Program-made: the position numbers and the translations under genes
Source of the DNA: Spironucleus salmonicida
Lineage: Eukaryota
Direction of reading: 5' to 3'
NCBI RefSeq assembly: GCF_000497125.1
Contig: NC_090597.1
Location: forward strand, 1,747,797-1,811,796
Length of the DNA stretch: 64,000 nucleotides
Shown here: positions 52,919-64,000 of the stretch, in pieces
Layout: each line of letters opens with the position of its first letter
Numbering within the stretch: position 1 is the first letter of the stretch
The notes under the pieces: model-generated
What the model was told of the DNA's origin: nothing
Databases searched by the model: none
What the model saw: the letters and a program-made list of their open reading frames with translations, nothing else

Positions 52919-54817
52919 TCACTCTTAAAAAGGGCAAAAATTAAGAAATTCGTCTAATTTTAGTGGTTAGTCATTTTTAACATTGAATACTTAAAATATA
53001 ATTCTTTCAATACTTTTATATTTTAATACTTACATTTTTTAATATGGAGTGTATAGATTGTTATCTTATTCTTAGTATTCTACAATAGGTTGAAATCCTT
53101 ATATTTCTTTATTAATAAAAATAGTATCCTCTTAAATTGGGGTGTCGCAAAGAGACGTGAGCCCATTTCTTGCTGGTCTCAGTTTCCAACGATTTTCATT
53201 ATTAATTGCCTCAACTATACCCTTTAATTCTATTTACTCTTTTCTAAAACCATCTAGCTAATTTTATAATAATTCTAACCTTTCTTGTTAATATAATCTC
53301 GTTTGTTCAATATTAAACAATGATTGTTATACATGTTCTTTAATATACAACGTGATTTCTGATAATTTTGTAATATTAGATGAAAGTGCAGCGAATTTAG
53401 AATCAGTAATAGCTTTTAGATAATCTTACTATTTTAATTTTTATTCAATACAAGGCGTAAATATTGAAAAATTATCTATTTGTAAATTTGATGACTAATA
53501 AAATCCTTTCAGTTCTTAATAAACTTATTAAAAATCAAAATATTATTAGCATGATTTAATTTAAGTAAAGCTCTAAATTTTAATGTCAATTAAATTATTA
53601 AGCTTTAAAAATATTTATTCTGCCCGTTTTTGAAAATTCTAAGAGTCTTTATCACAAAGCTTTTAAAATCTTTGTTCATCTTAGATTATTTGTTGTTCTT
53701 ATGAATATATTTATCCTAATTTTTCTTAATATAATTATTTAATATACAAAGCCTCTTTTTAAATATTCTCCATTTACTATTTTTTCTTTTGTACTTAATC
53801 TTTAAATTAATCTCTTCGTATTTATTCTTAGCTAACTAGTTACTACAATTCGTCTGCTTATGGATTAATTTTATAATACTACATCTAAATTGAATAAATT
53901 TAATCCTCATTGACCAAAGATTTATGTTCATTTTATGATAGAATCGTCTAGTTTATATATTACTTAGATTAAAACTACTATGATAATGTAGTTACAGCGT
54001 TTTATTTATCAGATTTTTTTTAGGAACTATCTACTAAATTCACAGTTTTAAGTTCTGATTCTTTCTCTAATTTTAAAAGCTTTGTCTTCAATAATTAATG
54101 ATCTTACTGGTGTTTTTATATTTAGAGATTACATTAATCTATAATATATGCAGACTAAAGTGCAACTTCATTTTCTTATACATATTTATTTTATAAGAAA
54201 AGTTTGTATATATTAGATAATAGATGTTATATTAATAGCAAAAATTGACGCTAATAAAATTTAATATAAAACTATGATTACATTAATAAACATAATGGAA
54301 TATTAGTAACGTCAGAAATATGTTTTAAGAATGTTTAATGAAAAAATTTTTAAAAAGAATTTATTTAGTATAGATCATTTTCCCAGATAATAGGTATAAT
54401 TTAGCTACTAGAAATTAGTTATGATTATAGTATAAATTTTTATAGAAACTTTGGTATGAAAAATGATTACTTAGCAAAGATAAGTTAATAGATGATTGTT
54501 GAAAACATATCTTTAGGATATAGATTATAAGCTAGCACAATAATATTTTTAAAATTTGTCTATTAATCAGACTGATTAATCTATTAACTATTACCCTCAC
54601 GAATAATCAATTAATTGATTATCTCTTACGTATAATATGAAATAAACTTCTTATTTTAAACTAAATATTATATTTACTATGTTAAGGATAAAATAGAATT
54701 ATATTTCTTCTAAAATGTTGGTATTTAAATATTATTACTGTTTGTTTACAAAATTCTAAAGTGATTACATTATTTTTTGCAATTTAGGATCAGAGTTTTA
54801 TCAAAAATTTAAGACAT
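52919..54817 (-). CDS. Hypothetical coiled-coil-containing protein, 632 aa
   Basis: No in-frame TGA found between ATG 54817 and GAGTGA at 52919. Q/E/K-rich central part. Confidence 0.7.
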
Positions 54818-55030
54818 TTTATTTTGATACGGTTAAATATTTCGATTTATTATAAATTATGGTACAAAAGGTTAACTCATATTCAGTTATTATTTTTGGT
54901 CTTTCATTATAATGACAAGGGAATGATATGAAGTATATTATTATATAGTATAATAGTTATAATTATAGTTTTATTAGTCGATTAATTATTATGTTATATT
55001 TGTTTTTCATTTTATCTTCCGCTCCTTAAT

Positions 55031-56689
55031 ATGTCCTGGAAATAATTCAAGCTATCTCAATAATTATTAACAAATATTATTTCATTAGGTTGGGAAACTC
55101 CTACTTAAGTATAATTTTAGTCAATACCTTTAGCACTAACCTCTAGAGATATTTTAGTATCTTCACATACTGGCACAGGGAAAACAGGATCATTTCTTAT
55201 TCCATTAATTTAACGTATTTCTCTATAAACTCAGTAGCGTAGAACTTAAGTTTTAATTTTATCTCCAACCAGAGAACTGGCGGAATAAACATTTAAGGTT
55301 GCCTAGTTATTGGGGGATAAAATATCAACGGTGGCCCTTATTACATCTTCAGGTCCAGTTAGAGCCTAAGAGATTGTATTATCATCTTGTCCATAAATAG
55401 TTATTGCTACACCTGGAAGGCTTATTGACCATATTATGAATTCTCTTTTTATGGTTAACGATATTGAAGTATTGGTATTAGATGAATGTGATAAAATGCT
55501 TGAGCTGGGATTCTATAAAGAGTTATTGGAAATTATTAAAAATTTACCAGAAAAAAGGTAAACACTATTATTTTCAGCAACAGCTTAAGCGGTTAGTAAA
55601 ATTGCAGGGGAGGCATTGAATAAACCAATGTTAATATAAGTGGATCCAGTGAAAAGTATTGGAAAAAATATTGATCAGTAATTTATAATATTGAATAATT
55701 TTATGGGTTTACTCGATAGTACGTTAAAATTTCATGGTATCGGCGAGAAGTATATTTTAAAATGTTGCATTATTCACTAATTGTTAGAAAAAAGCTTATC
55801 TGGATAAAAAGTTATTATATTCTGTAATTATAAGAGTTCAGTAAAGCTCTTACATTATTTTTTAGAAAAATTAGGTTCTAGAACAATTATGTTTAGTGGT
55901 GAAATGGGTTAATAATAACGCACCGAAACTATTAATGATTTTAATGAAGATTTTACTCCAATTATCAGTACAGACTTATTGAGTAGAGGAATTGATATTA
56001 AGTAGGTGGATACAGTTATATAGTTTGAAATAGGCGCGCCAGATTCTTATATTCATCGTGCGGGAAGAACGGGAAGAGCTAGTTTAGATGGAGTAGCTAT
56101 TAGTATAGGATATTAGAAAGAAGTTTAAATTCTCACTTAATAGTTAAGTAAAATGAAATTTAATGAAAGAGTTATTGATATGATAGCATTTTCAAAAATA
56201 TTGTCAAATATTGACACTAACTTCTTAGAAGAAATAAACATCTCAATTAAAGAAGAGGAGATAGTGAAATAAGAAAAAGAAATTCAAAGATAAATAGAAA
56301 AAACTAGTAATATTGATAAATATTCTACAGAAATTTTATCATCAGAAAAGAGAAAATGGATGTTAGACACTAAAGAGAAACACATTTTACAATAGTTAAA
56401 AGATTAAGTTAAATAAGGATCAATAAAGGAAAAAGACGCAAAATAAATTATATAAAATAAAGGCTTAAAGGAGTAGTAACGTAAACTTAAAAATATTGCC
56501 GTAGCCTAGAAGCGAGCATCTAAAAACATTGCTAGTAGATTACCAGAAGACCTTAAATCAAAAATTAAAAAATAGAAAATGGAATAAAGGAATTATAAAG
56601 GTAATAATGGTGCATTTAATAGAAATGAAGTAGTGAAAGGAACAAGTTTGGTTGAAACAGGGAAAAAAAGTAAGAAAAATGGAAAGTGA
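55031..56689 (+). CDS. DEAD-box RNA helicase, DRS1/DDX27-like, 552 aa
   Basis: Q motif, [33 protein letters not shown] and [10 protein letters not shown]-terminal coiled coil with KRKW, as in DDX27. Confidence 0.9.
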
Positions 56690-56691
56690 AC

Positions 56692-59600
56692 TCATTATTA
56701 TTTCTTCAACATGTTTTATAACCCTCTACAATATGTGAGAGAACTCAATGCATTATTTCGTATATTTAATTTCTTTTTAGACTAAATAGCCTCAAGCTTT
56801 CTTTTTTCTGCTAATAAGGATATTTCTTGCTGCTCTTAACGCATTTTTTCTTACCTCTCCTATTACTTTTTAATCATATTATGTTAAAATTCAATACAAT
56901 CTAATTTCTTCCTATCAGCTACTTGACTTGTAGTTGTTCTCACCCCATCTTCTAATTATCTTTTTAGAACTTGTGTTTTGAAGTATTGTTACTCTTTTAA
57001 AGATATTGGACTGGTTATTGATCTTTAGGATTGTGATAGATCTGGGAGAATTATATTTTTTTATTCTTCTTAGGTAATCCCTATATTACTTTTAATAATA
57101 GGACGTTAAAATTCATTTATAACGAATTTTGGAGCCATGATAACCCTACTACTTAACTGATTGCTCCTAATTTTATCTTAAAGTGAGCCATCTTGAACTT
57201 CCTATTAAATAATTTGTTCTAATTCTAATAATAATTTTTTAGGCTTCTGTATCATTTCTAATTATTTTTATAGGTTAATTTAAGTAAGCTCATGCACAGC
57301 TTACATTTTTTATTTATTTTAGTTCATAAGTATATCTCGCTTAGCTTCCTTTGCAGCCAGTAGAAGACAGTGATGATATCTAACTTCTGTTGCACTTAAA
57401 ATCTTAGACTGTGTTATTAACATTTTAGGAGGAACAACTCTAATAGGAATTGTAGAAATTTATATGTTACTAGTAATTTTACTGTAAATAGTAGGAATAA
57501 TAACCGCCTGTGTTATTTATTAAGCACATTTAATTAAATTTATTGCCGCTAACTCCCGTTAAGCTGCCAAAAGCTGTCCTTCTTTTACCTAACTTTGCTC
57601 ATCAAACAGCATATTTATTTTTTTTAATAGTGTAGTATTTTTAGGCATTTATCTATACTATTTTCTTGCATGATATGCCCTAATATGCTTTTATATGGTT
57701 ATAGTGGAAAGCATTGCATTTAAAGTGAAAAAAGAATTAGTGACACCAGGATTAGTAATGAAAATCCATTTTCTGGCAATAAATGAAAATGTGTCAAACA
57801 TTAAATTCTTCGGGTCACAAAATAATAATTCCAAAATCAATGCTTTAAAAGCTATATCAGATTAATGTATATGTTAATTAGCTGGCAGTCTAATAATTTT
57901 CAGACCTTATACATATCTTTACGCCAAATCTTAGAGTTAACGTGGCACCAGATTCAAATCGAAGTCTATAATTTCAACATTACTTAAAATATTTTCAACA
58001 ATAGACTTATAGTTCAATGGACTAGTAATTACTTCTAGCTTAAAAAGATCTAAAAGTCTATCAGTTTCAACACTTCCACCCCCACCATTTCTTAAAGCAC
58101 ACATAGATTTAATAGCATCTAAGTCTAAAAACATGTTTTGTTGGTTCTATATTTCAGACGAAATTTACGCACCAAAAAATTCAAATTATTGCTATTCAAT
58201 ATCCGGTAAATGCCTGACCCATGAGAATAGAGCTTTTGAAGTCAAAGGACTTGACCCTAAAAAATCAGATTTTAATTAAACAAATCCTTCGTTTTCGCGG
58301 TTTGCAGTACCAAACAGTTATCCAGTAAATGCTGAAAATAGATTAGAAACCTTAATTGGTAATGAAGCAAACTATCTAAAAATAGAATTGGTTTGAAGAT
58401 GGACATTCATGGCTTAAAGATCTACATTTTAGTCTTTAAATATTTAGTTTGCAAATTGTTACGAAATTGGATATGAGTAATTCACATGAATTGCCTGCAA
58501 CCAGTGTGCTGGATTTGGGTTAGTTCTCAGTTTGTTTAAAGTTTCTTCGTGGATAAAGAAAAATTAGTTCTATAAGGCAGATGTAAAAGAATCACGCATT
58601 CTATTCAAAATTAGTGATTTTATTCTTCCTAAAACTCCTCTAAAACATCTTTAAATAAGTTTGGCAGCACGCTAAAGCAATAAAAGCTAATGAACTCTGA
58701 TACTATCTTTATTTAAAAGCTAAGCAAACTTAGTTGTTTATATTTTATTGGATTAATGCATTCTAAAGCATTTTTAAATTATAACTGCTGAACTAACGGA
58801 TCTGACAAATAAAGGCTCTAAGATAATAAGTTTTGATCTCTAATCTTACTTACCAAGCAGAGATATAGGTATGACATGATTTTCGAATAACATAGAAATT
58901 TGATTTTTTGGACCTGCTGCAAGAAGTTTATTGAATATGAATGAACCATATTATAGCGCATCCTTATGCTTTTATGACCACTTAATATTTTAAAATTCTT
59001 ACAAAATATACTTTAATAGACATACAACATCTTTTTGCTTGAAACTGACTAAAAAGAAATATGGCTAATCTGAATATTCAGATGCTTAATGCTGCGCAAG
59101 CTCAGAAGATTTAGTCATATCTAATTAAAAAAGCATTTTTTTAGTTTTCTGGTAGATCGAATTTTTTAACTTATTTGTTGTTGATTTTAGTGCTTTGATA
59201 AGTGTTTTATGTTAAATAAACTCCTCAATATTATAATCTTGAGTAAGTTACTTAGAGATTGTATTATTAATACTTTCTGGATTAATATATTTTATACAAT
59301 AATCTTTATTTAAATTAACTTCATCTTACAGAATCTTGTAATTAAATAGTTTGTATTTTGTATAGCTAAATTCAAAATTAACATTTTTGTAGTTCTATAT
59401 ATCCGACGAAGAATGTTAAGATAAACTGGATGATATTTCGTCTTTTAAAAAATCGCAAATTTGTTAAAAAAAATTAAACGATGATTTTTCGTCATCATAT
59501 GTTTTTGCTACGAAAAGATGCAAGGAATATGGTTCGTTGTAAAAGTCATCCACTATTTTTTAGAAATTTGTGTTAGTTCTAACTAATTTCCGTTTTCTTA

Positions 59601-60687
59601 ATGCCTAGATAATTATATTTCTAGACATAATTTAGTGGAGTTTAAATAACTAGTCAAACTCATATTGCCTTACTATTTTTCTTTCCCTTAGGAAGCGAAG
59701 AATTATTTGTAATGCATAATGCTTCGCTTATACTCGTAGTTTTATTTGATTATTATATAATATAAAAGCATAGGAAGCACGCAACTCTCTTTAAATAACT
59801 GTGATAGATGGTAGCTATTATTTATCAAATGTTTTCAGTCGTTTTCTAGCAAAGTACCCTCTAGAACATTTTTATATCATAGTAATAGGACAATTTTTAA
59901 AATCTTTATTTATCTAGAGAGCATCTTATAAAGATGAAAATAGATTAAAATTTTCCAAACAAAATAAATCATGATAGTCTTTAAGATCAGGATTAATCAT
60001 TTCACATTTTTTTAACTATGAATTAAATTTATCGACAATTTACTAAATATGTTAGGACTTGTATTATTACTTAAAAAGATCTGGTTAAGATGTGACAAAA
60101 TGTTCAAATTTTGATCTACTAACAAAATATTTCGAATTTCCAATTTAATCCGAGTATGATAGCCTCATATTATCTAATACTTGTAAGTTAGGAAATATAT
60201 CAACAATAGTTGTGAAATAATTATTTTACTATGCTATAGGATTCAAAAATAATGTTAACACAATGAGTTGCTATAAGTCCTTTATAATATTTATATCTTA
60301 AAGATTTGTTATATTATTTCCGTTAAGATATAGAAACCGCAAGTCAACTAATTTTTCCCAAAAACTACGAAATCCTAAGCTTGTTAATTAATTATTTTAA
60401 AGATCTAATTTTATTAATTTAGGAAACACATTAATTTTACCTATAGACTTAATTTAATTATTAGACAAAAACAAATATTGCAATTATTTGCACTTACCTA
60501 CTGTAGATAAGAACTCTTATAATCCGCAGCCACTTCCATTTATAGAGGAAACGTTCACTAATCTATCATCTAAAGTGCCATATGGATTTTTGAAGAGCGA
60601 TAAATATAATATAAATTCATCTTTTGTAACGCCTCCTGGTTATATTAGATCGGAGTGACGAGATAAAAATTCTATACTGATTTCCAT
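56692..60687 (-). CDS. Leucine-rich-repeat and IQ-motif protein (LRRIQ3-like N-terminus), about 1331 aa
   Basis: LQYLFLSNNQI, LIKLDLQNNQL, FWEKLVDLRFLYLNGNNI, LRR cap NPIA...FPNLQVLD, and IQ motifs (IQKCSRGYFAR, LQIILRF, IQRCFRGV). Confidence 0.8.
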
Positions 60688-60790
60688 GATTTTGCAATTA
60701 CTTTTTAATATAAAAATATATAATTATTAATGTAGGTAATAAATATTGATGTAATATTTAAATATATATTCAGTAAATATAAATTCCGAA

Positions 60791-62266
60791 ATGCAAAATT
60801 ATAGTGTAGATAAAGTAAGAAATAGAGTGTTTCGAAATAACTCACCTTTAAGATCACAAGCTCTATCTAGTAATCCTTAAGTGTTTGATTAGTTATTAAC
60901 TGGGTATAAACCTCCACAATATAATGCGACACCCTAGGGTACAGTATTTGGTTCTGCTAGACGAGTTATCTCTGCTAAAAGATTTAATGATTAGACATCA
61001 ATTTAGAATGTTAGATAATTTAGGGGTGTTGTATGTGATAATGAAAAAGTTTATTAGGAGGTTAAAAAAAAAGAAGATCTTAGTTAAATGTAATGGAAAG
61101 GTAAAGACGATTTTACAGGAAAAATCAGAGATGATATGCGTTAATAATTTTAAATGGTGGAATATCATAAATAGATCGTAAAAAGTAAAGAGGAATGCTT
61201 AAAAAATTTGTAGAATGATGAGCATAAACGATTATAACTATAATCTACACTTTAAACTAATATCAAACTTTAATAAGATAAATATGATATAAAAGAATTA
61301 AATCACGAAAAGCTGATAGTAAAAATTGAAAATGTTTAAAAGACAAATGACTATCTTAGAGTAAGAATTTAAAGTGAAGAAAATCGCCTTAAATAATTTA
61401 AATAAAACACTACAAACTTAATAGAAGAGAATTTAGACAAAATACATGAAAAATATGCATATATTGATCCATAAATAATTATCTAAAAATTAACTGCGTT
61501 AGAGGATAATACAGTGCACACATACAATAAACAATAAGAAATTTTAGACGAGCTTAATGAAGTTTAAGAAAAAAATAAAATTTAGAAATAATTAAATTAG
61601 ACATAACTATAAAAATAAGAGAATTCGAATAAGTAAGCTAAAACAAAAATGGCAAATTAAGTTATGAAGCTTAAAAATTAGTAATAAAAACTTGATAATG
61701 ACACTTTATAAGCAAAAAGGGCTCTTGTACTATTAGAAAATGTGAAAGGTCATTTGGTTGAATTTTTTAATACCTGGAGTTTAGCTATGTTTATGATGAT
61801 GGATAATAAAGAATTAGAAAGATTAAGACAAAATTAATTTTTTGCAATTAACTATTAAGTTTAGAGCAAAGATCCACTTGAAATGGTCTAAAAATTAAGT
61901 AATATAAGCGATTTAATTATTAATTAAAAACCTGGAAACGATGCTTTAGGATAAAGTCTATTTGTTAAGAAATCGTCATAGGGTTAGGCTTATCGAAAAA
62001 TAGCACTTTATGCAGATGAGATTTTTAAAAATCTTTATTATTAAGAATAAAATTTAAATAAAAATGTCGTTTCTATTGTATAGAAGGTATGTGATGGAGC
62101 AGTTTAAGGGGAACTGATGAAATAAAAGCGTCTAAAAGATATTTAAGTTTATGAATAAGATATTGTCAAGTTAATATAAGTTAGAGATGAGATGGAAAAA
62201 TGGTAACTCTAAGTTATTAAATAGTTAGAATAACTCCTAAAGCGTAAAGAGATGGGTATAGATTGA
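60791..62266 (+). CDS. Coiled-coil protein, 491 aa
   Basis: Open code-6 frame with Q/K/E heptads; TGA at 62264-62266. Confidence 0.8.
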
Positions 62267-63052
62267 TCACTTTAATATTTTTAGTATTTCTGTCATCGAT
62301 GATCTTTCACTTTAATTTTTTCGTAGAGACATTTCAAGTAATGAGAAGTACATTTCATCAACCTATTTTGGTAATTTATATTTTCCATTGGATGCTGCCT
62401 ATTTGTTCTCAAAAGGTTTTTAGCCAAAAAGAAGGAAATATATCATGACTCCAAATGTAAAAACATCAGCTTTTTCAGTTAAATTCTGACCAGAAAGTAG
62501 ATTTATATATTCAGGGGGTAAATAATCTTCAGTAGTGCATAATTCAATTTCATTTTACAGTTAGTTTCTAATATTATTATTTAGAAGATCTTCTTTAGTA
62601 TATGTTTTAGTAGTTGCAGAAGAAAAATCACAGATTTTAAGCAAATTATCAAGTTAAATAAAGTTCTCATATTTAATATCACGATGTATTATATTATTCT
62701 GATGCAGATATTCAATTATTTTTGCTGCTTGTATAGTAAAATTTTTAGTTGTTAATGTAACTTAATGCGCTTTTTCCAAAACTTAAAAAACTCGTTCTTA
62801 TTCTATAATTTAATGATAAAGTTTAATTACAAAGTATTCAGATAGCTAATGTTATATTTAAAACTCTGTTTCAGCCTGCTCAATATGGCACAAAGTTGGA
62901 ACAATAAAAGTCCTAACCACAAGTTGTTTATGATTAGTAGAATATATTTATGCATAACCACCACAGAACATAACTTTGTTCATGGTTAATATTGTATTGT
63001 TAAAATATATTTACTTTTTGGATAAAAAATCAGATTTACATTTGAGAAACAT
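62267..63052 (-). CDS. Divergent NAK/GAK-like protein kinase, 261 aa
   Basis: Motifs GGYAQIY, HRDIKYENF, KICDFSSATT, PPEYINLLSGQ and KADVFTFG. Confidence 0.8.
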
Positions 63053-63089
63053 TCTGCAAAATACATATTATATTTATATATGAATTAAT

Positions 63090-63815
63090 TCATTACTCAA
63101 TCAGCATTTCAATCTAATTATTCTCATCAGTTAAATATACAAACTTTGACTTTTTCTTTAACTTTTTAATGAAACTATAGTAAACTAAAACTGTTAATGA
63201 AATAACAAATATAATCATGGATAGCAATATGTAAATTTCATTAGAAGCACCGGAGAATATTCTAATTGATACTTTGAATCCACTAACATCTACTCTTTGA
63301 TTGATAGGTTTTCCCACCAAATATTTTTAGTTAATATATTTATTAGAACACTAAGATACATCATATTAATAGTATTAGACTTTATAACTTTTAACACTAA
63401 GCTCATCTATTCTACAAATCGTTGTATTATTGATATCAAAATCATATCCTTAAATATTGCTACAATTAACTGTTGTTGGTATTGATTTATCATGGTCAAC
63501 ACTAAAAAAATGATATTAATTTTTTTCTAACTATATACTAAAATCATTTGAAATTAGCTAATTCTTTATAATATTAGTTAATATTAGTTAATCGCAATAA
63601 AATATCTCAGAGCTAAGAAAATTATTTACTTAAATAATTTTATTTTAAGGTTTATTAAATGTAGATAGTTAAATAGCAAATTAATCATGCATTGTAAGAA
63701 TTGTTAGTTATTATTATGGTATTGTTTATTAGGTTGCTAAAAAATATTTTAGGATCAAAGCAGAGTATGGGATAATAAGTAGAATAAGCTGAATATATTC
63801 ATTTTTTCGATTCAT
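63090..63815 (-). CDS. Hypothetical membrane protein with two hydrophobic segments, 241 aa
   Basis: N-terminal IQLILLIIPYSALILKYFL and C-terminal IYILLSMIIFVISLTVLVYYSFI followed by KKLKKK. Confidence 0.7.
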
Positions 63816-63985
63816 TTATAGTATAAAATATAATTAGAATAATTATAAGTTTTATAGTAAATATTTAATTCGTTTACTATAGTATTATTATTTATTAATA
63901 TATAATAGTATATATTAATCAACAAATAATTATTAACTATAATTTATATATAATTATTGTTTAATTTTTAATTTTTCCTTTCCTC

Positions 63986-64000
63986 ATGCCCCCTAAGAAA
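63986..64000 (+). CDS. 5' end of a gene running off the window (MPPKK...)
   Basis: ATG CCC CCT AAG AAA follows an AT-rich spacer and the pyrimidine/C-rich element TTTCCTTTCCTC. Confidence 0.55.

Overview
This is an AT-rich, very gene-dense window with no intron detected, from a hexamitid diplomonad (Spironucleus/Hexamita type; species not determinable here). TAA and TAG encode Gln and TGA is the only stop (translation table 6), so the supplied standard-code ORF track is badly fragmented. Hand re-translation gives about 40 CDSs. Recognisable ones are valyl-tRNA synthetase, PPi-dependent PFK, MCM7, EB1, an FKBP-TPR PPIase, a TruA-family pseudouridine synthase, V-ATPase subunit H, RRS1, a DRS1/DDX27-like helicase, a PDCD2/TSR4-like protein, NEK and NAK-like kinases, a class 3 lipase, a PPPDE peptidase, and ankyrin, NHL, RING, WD40 and LRR-IQ proteins. 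The most notable observations are: (1) a Rab GTPase with about 21 N-terminal KSE[D/A]KVEE repeats; (2) two apparently reduced nucleoporins, a 113-aa Nup35/Nup53-like protein and a Nup160-like protein with only the C-terminal part; (3) a head-to-head Sm/LSm-like and U1A/U2B''-like microgene pair; (4) a pseudo-USP/TM/beta-repeat receptor-like protein; (5) convergent genes whose stop codons abut as palindromic AGTGA|TCACT junctions; (6) a possible non-AUG start. All homology calls come from motif recognition by eye, not database searches.
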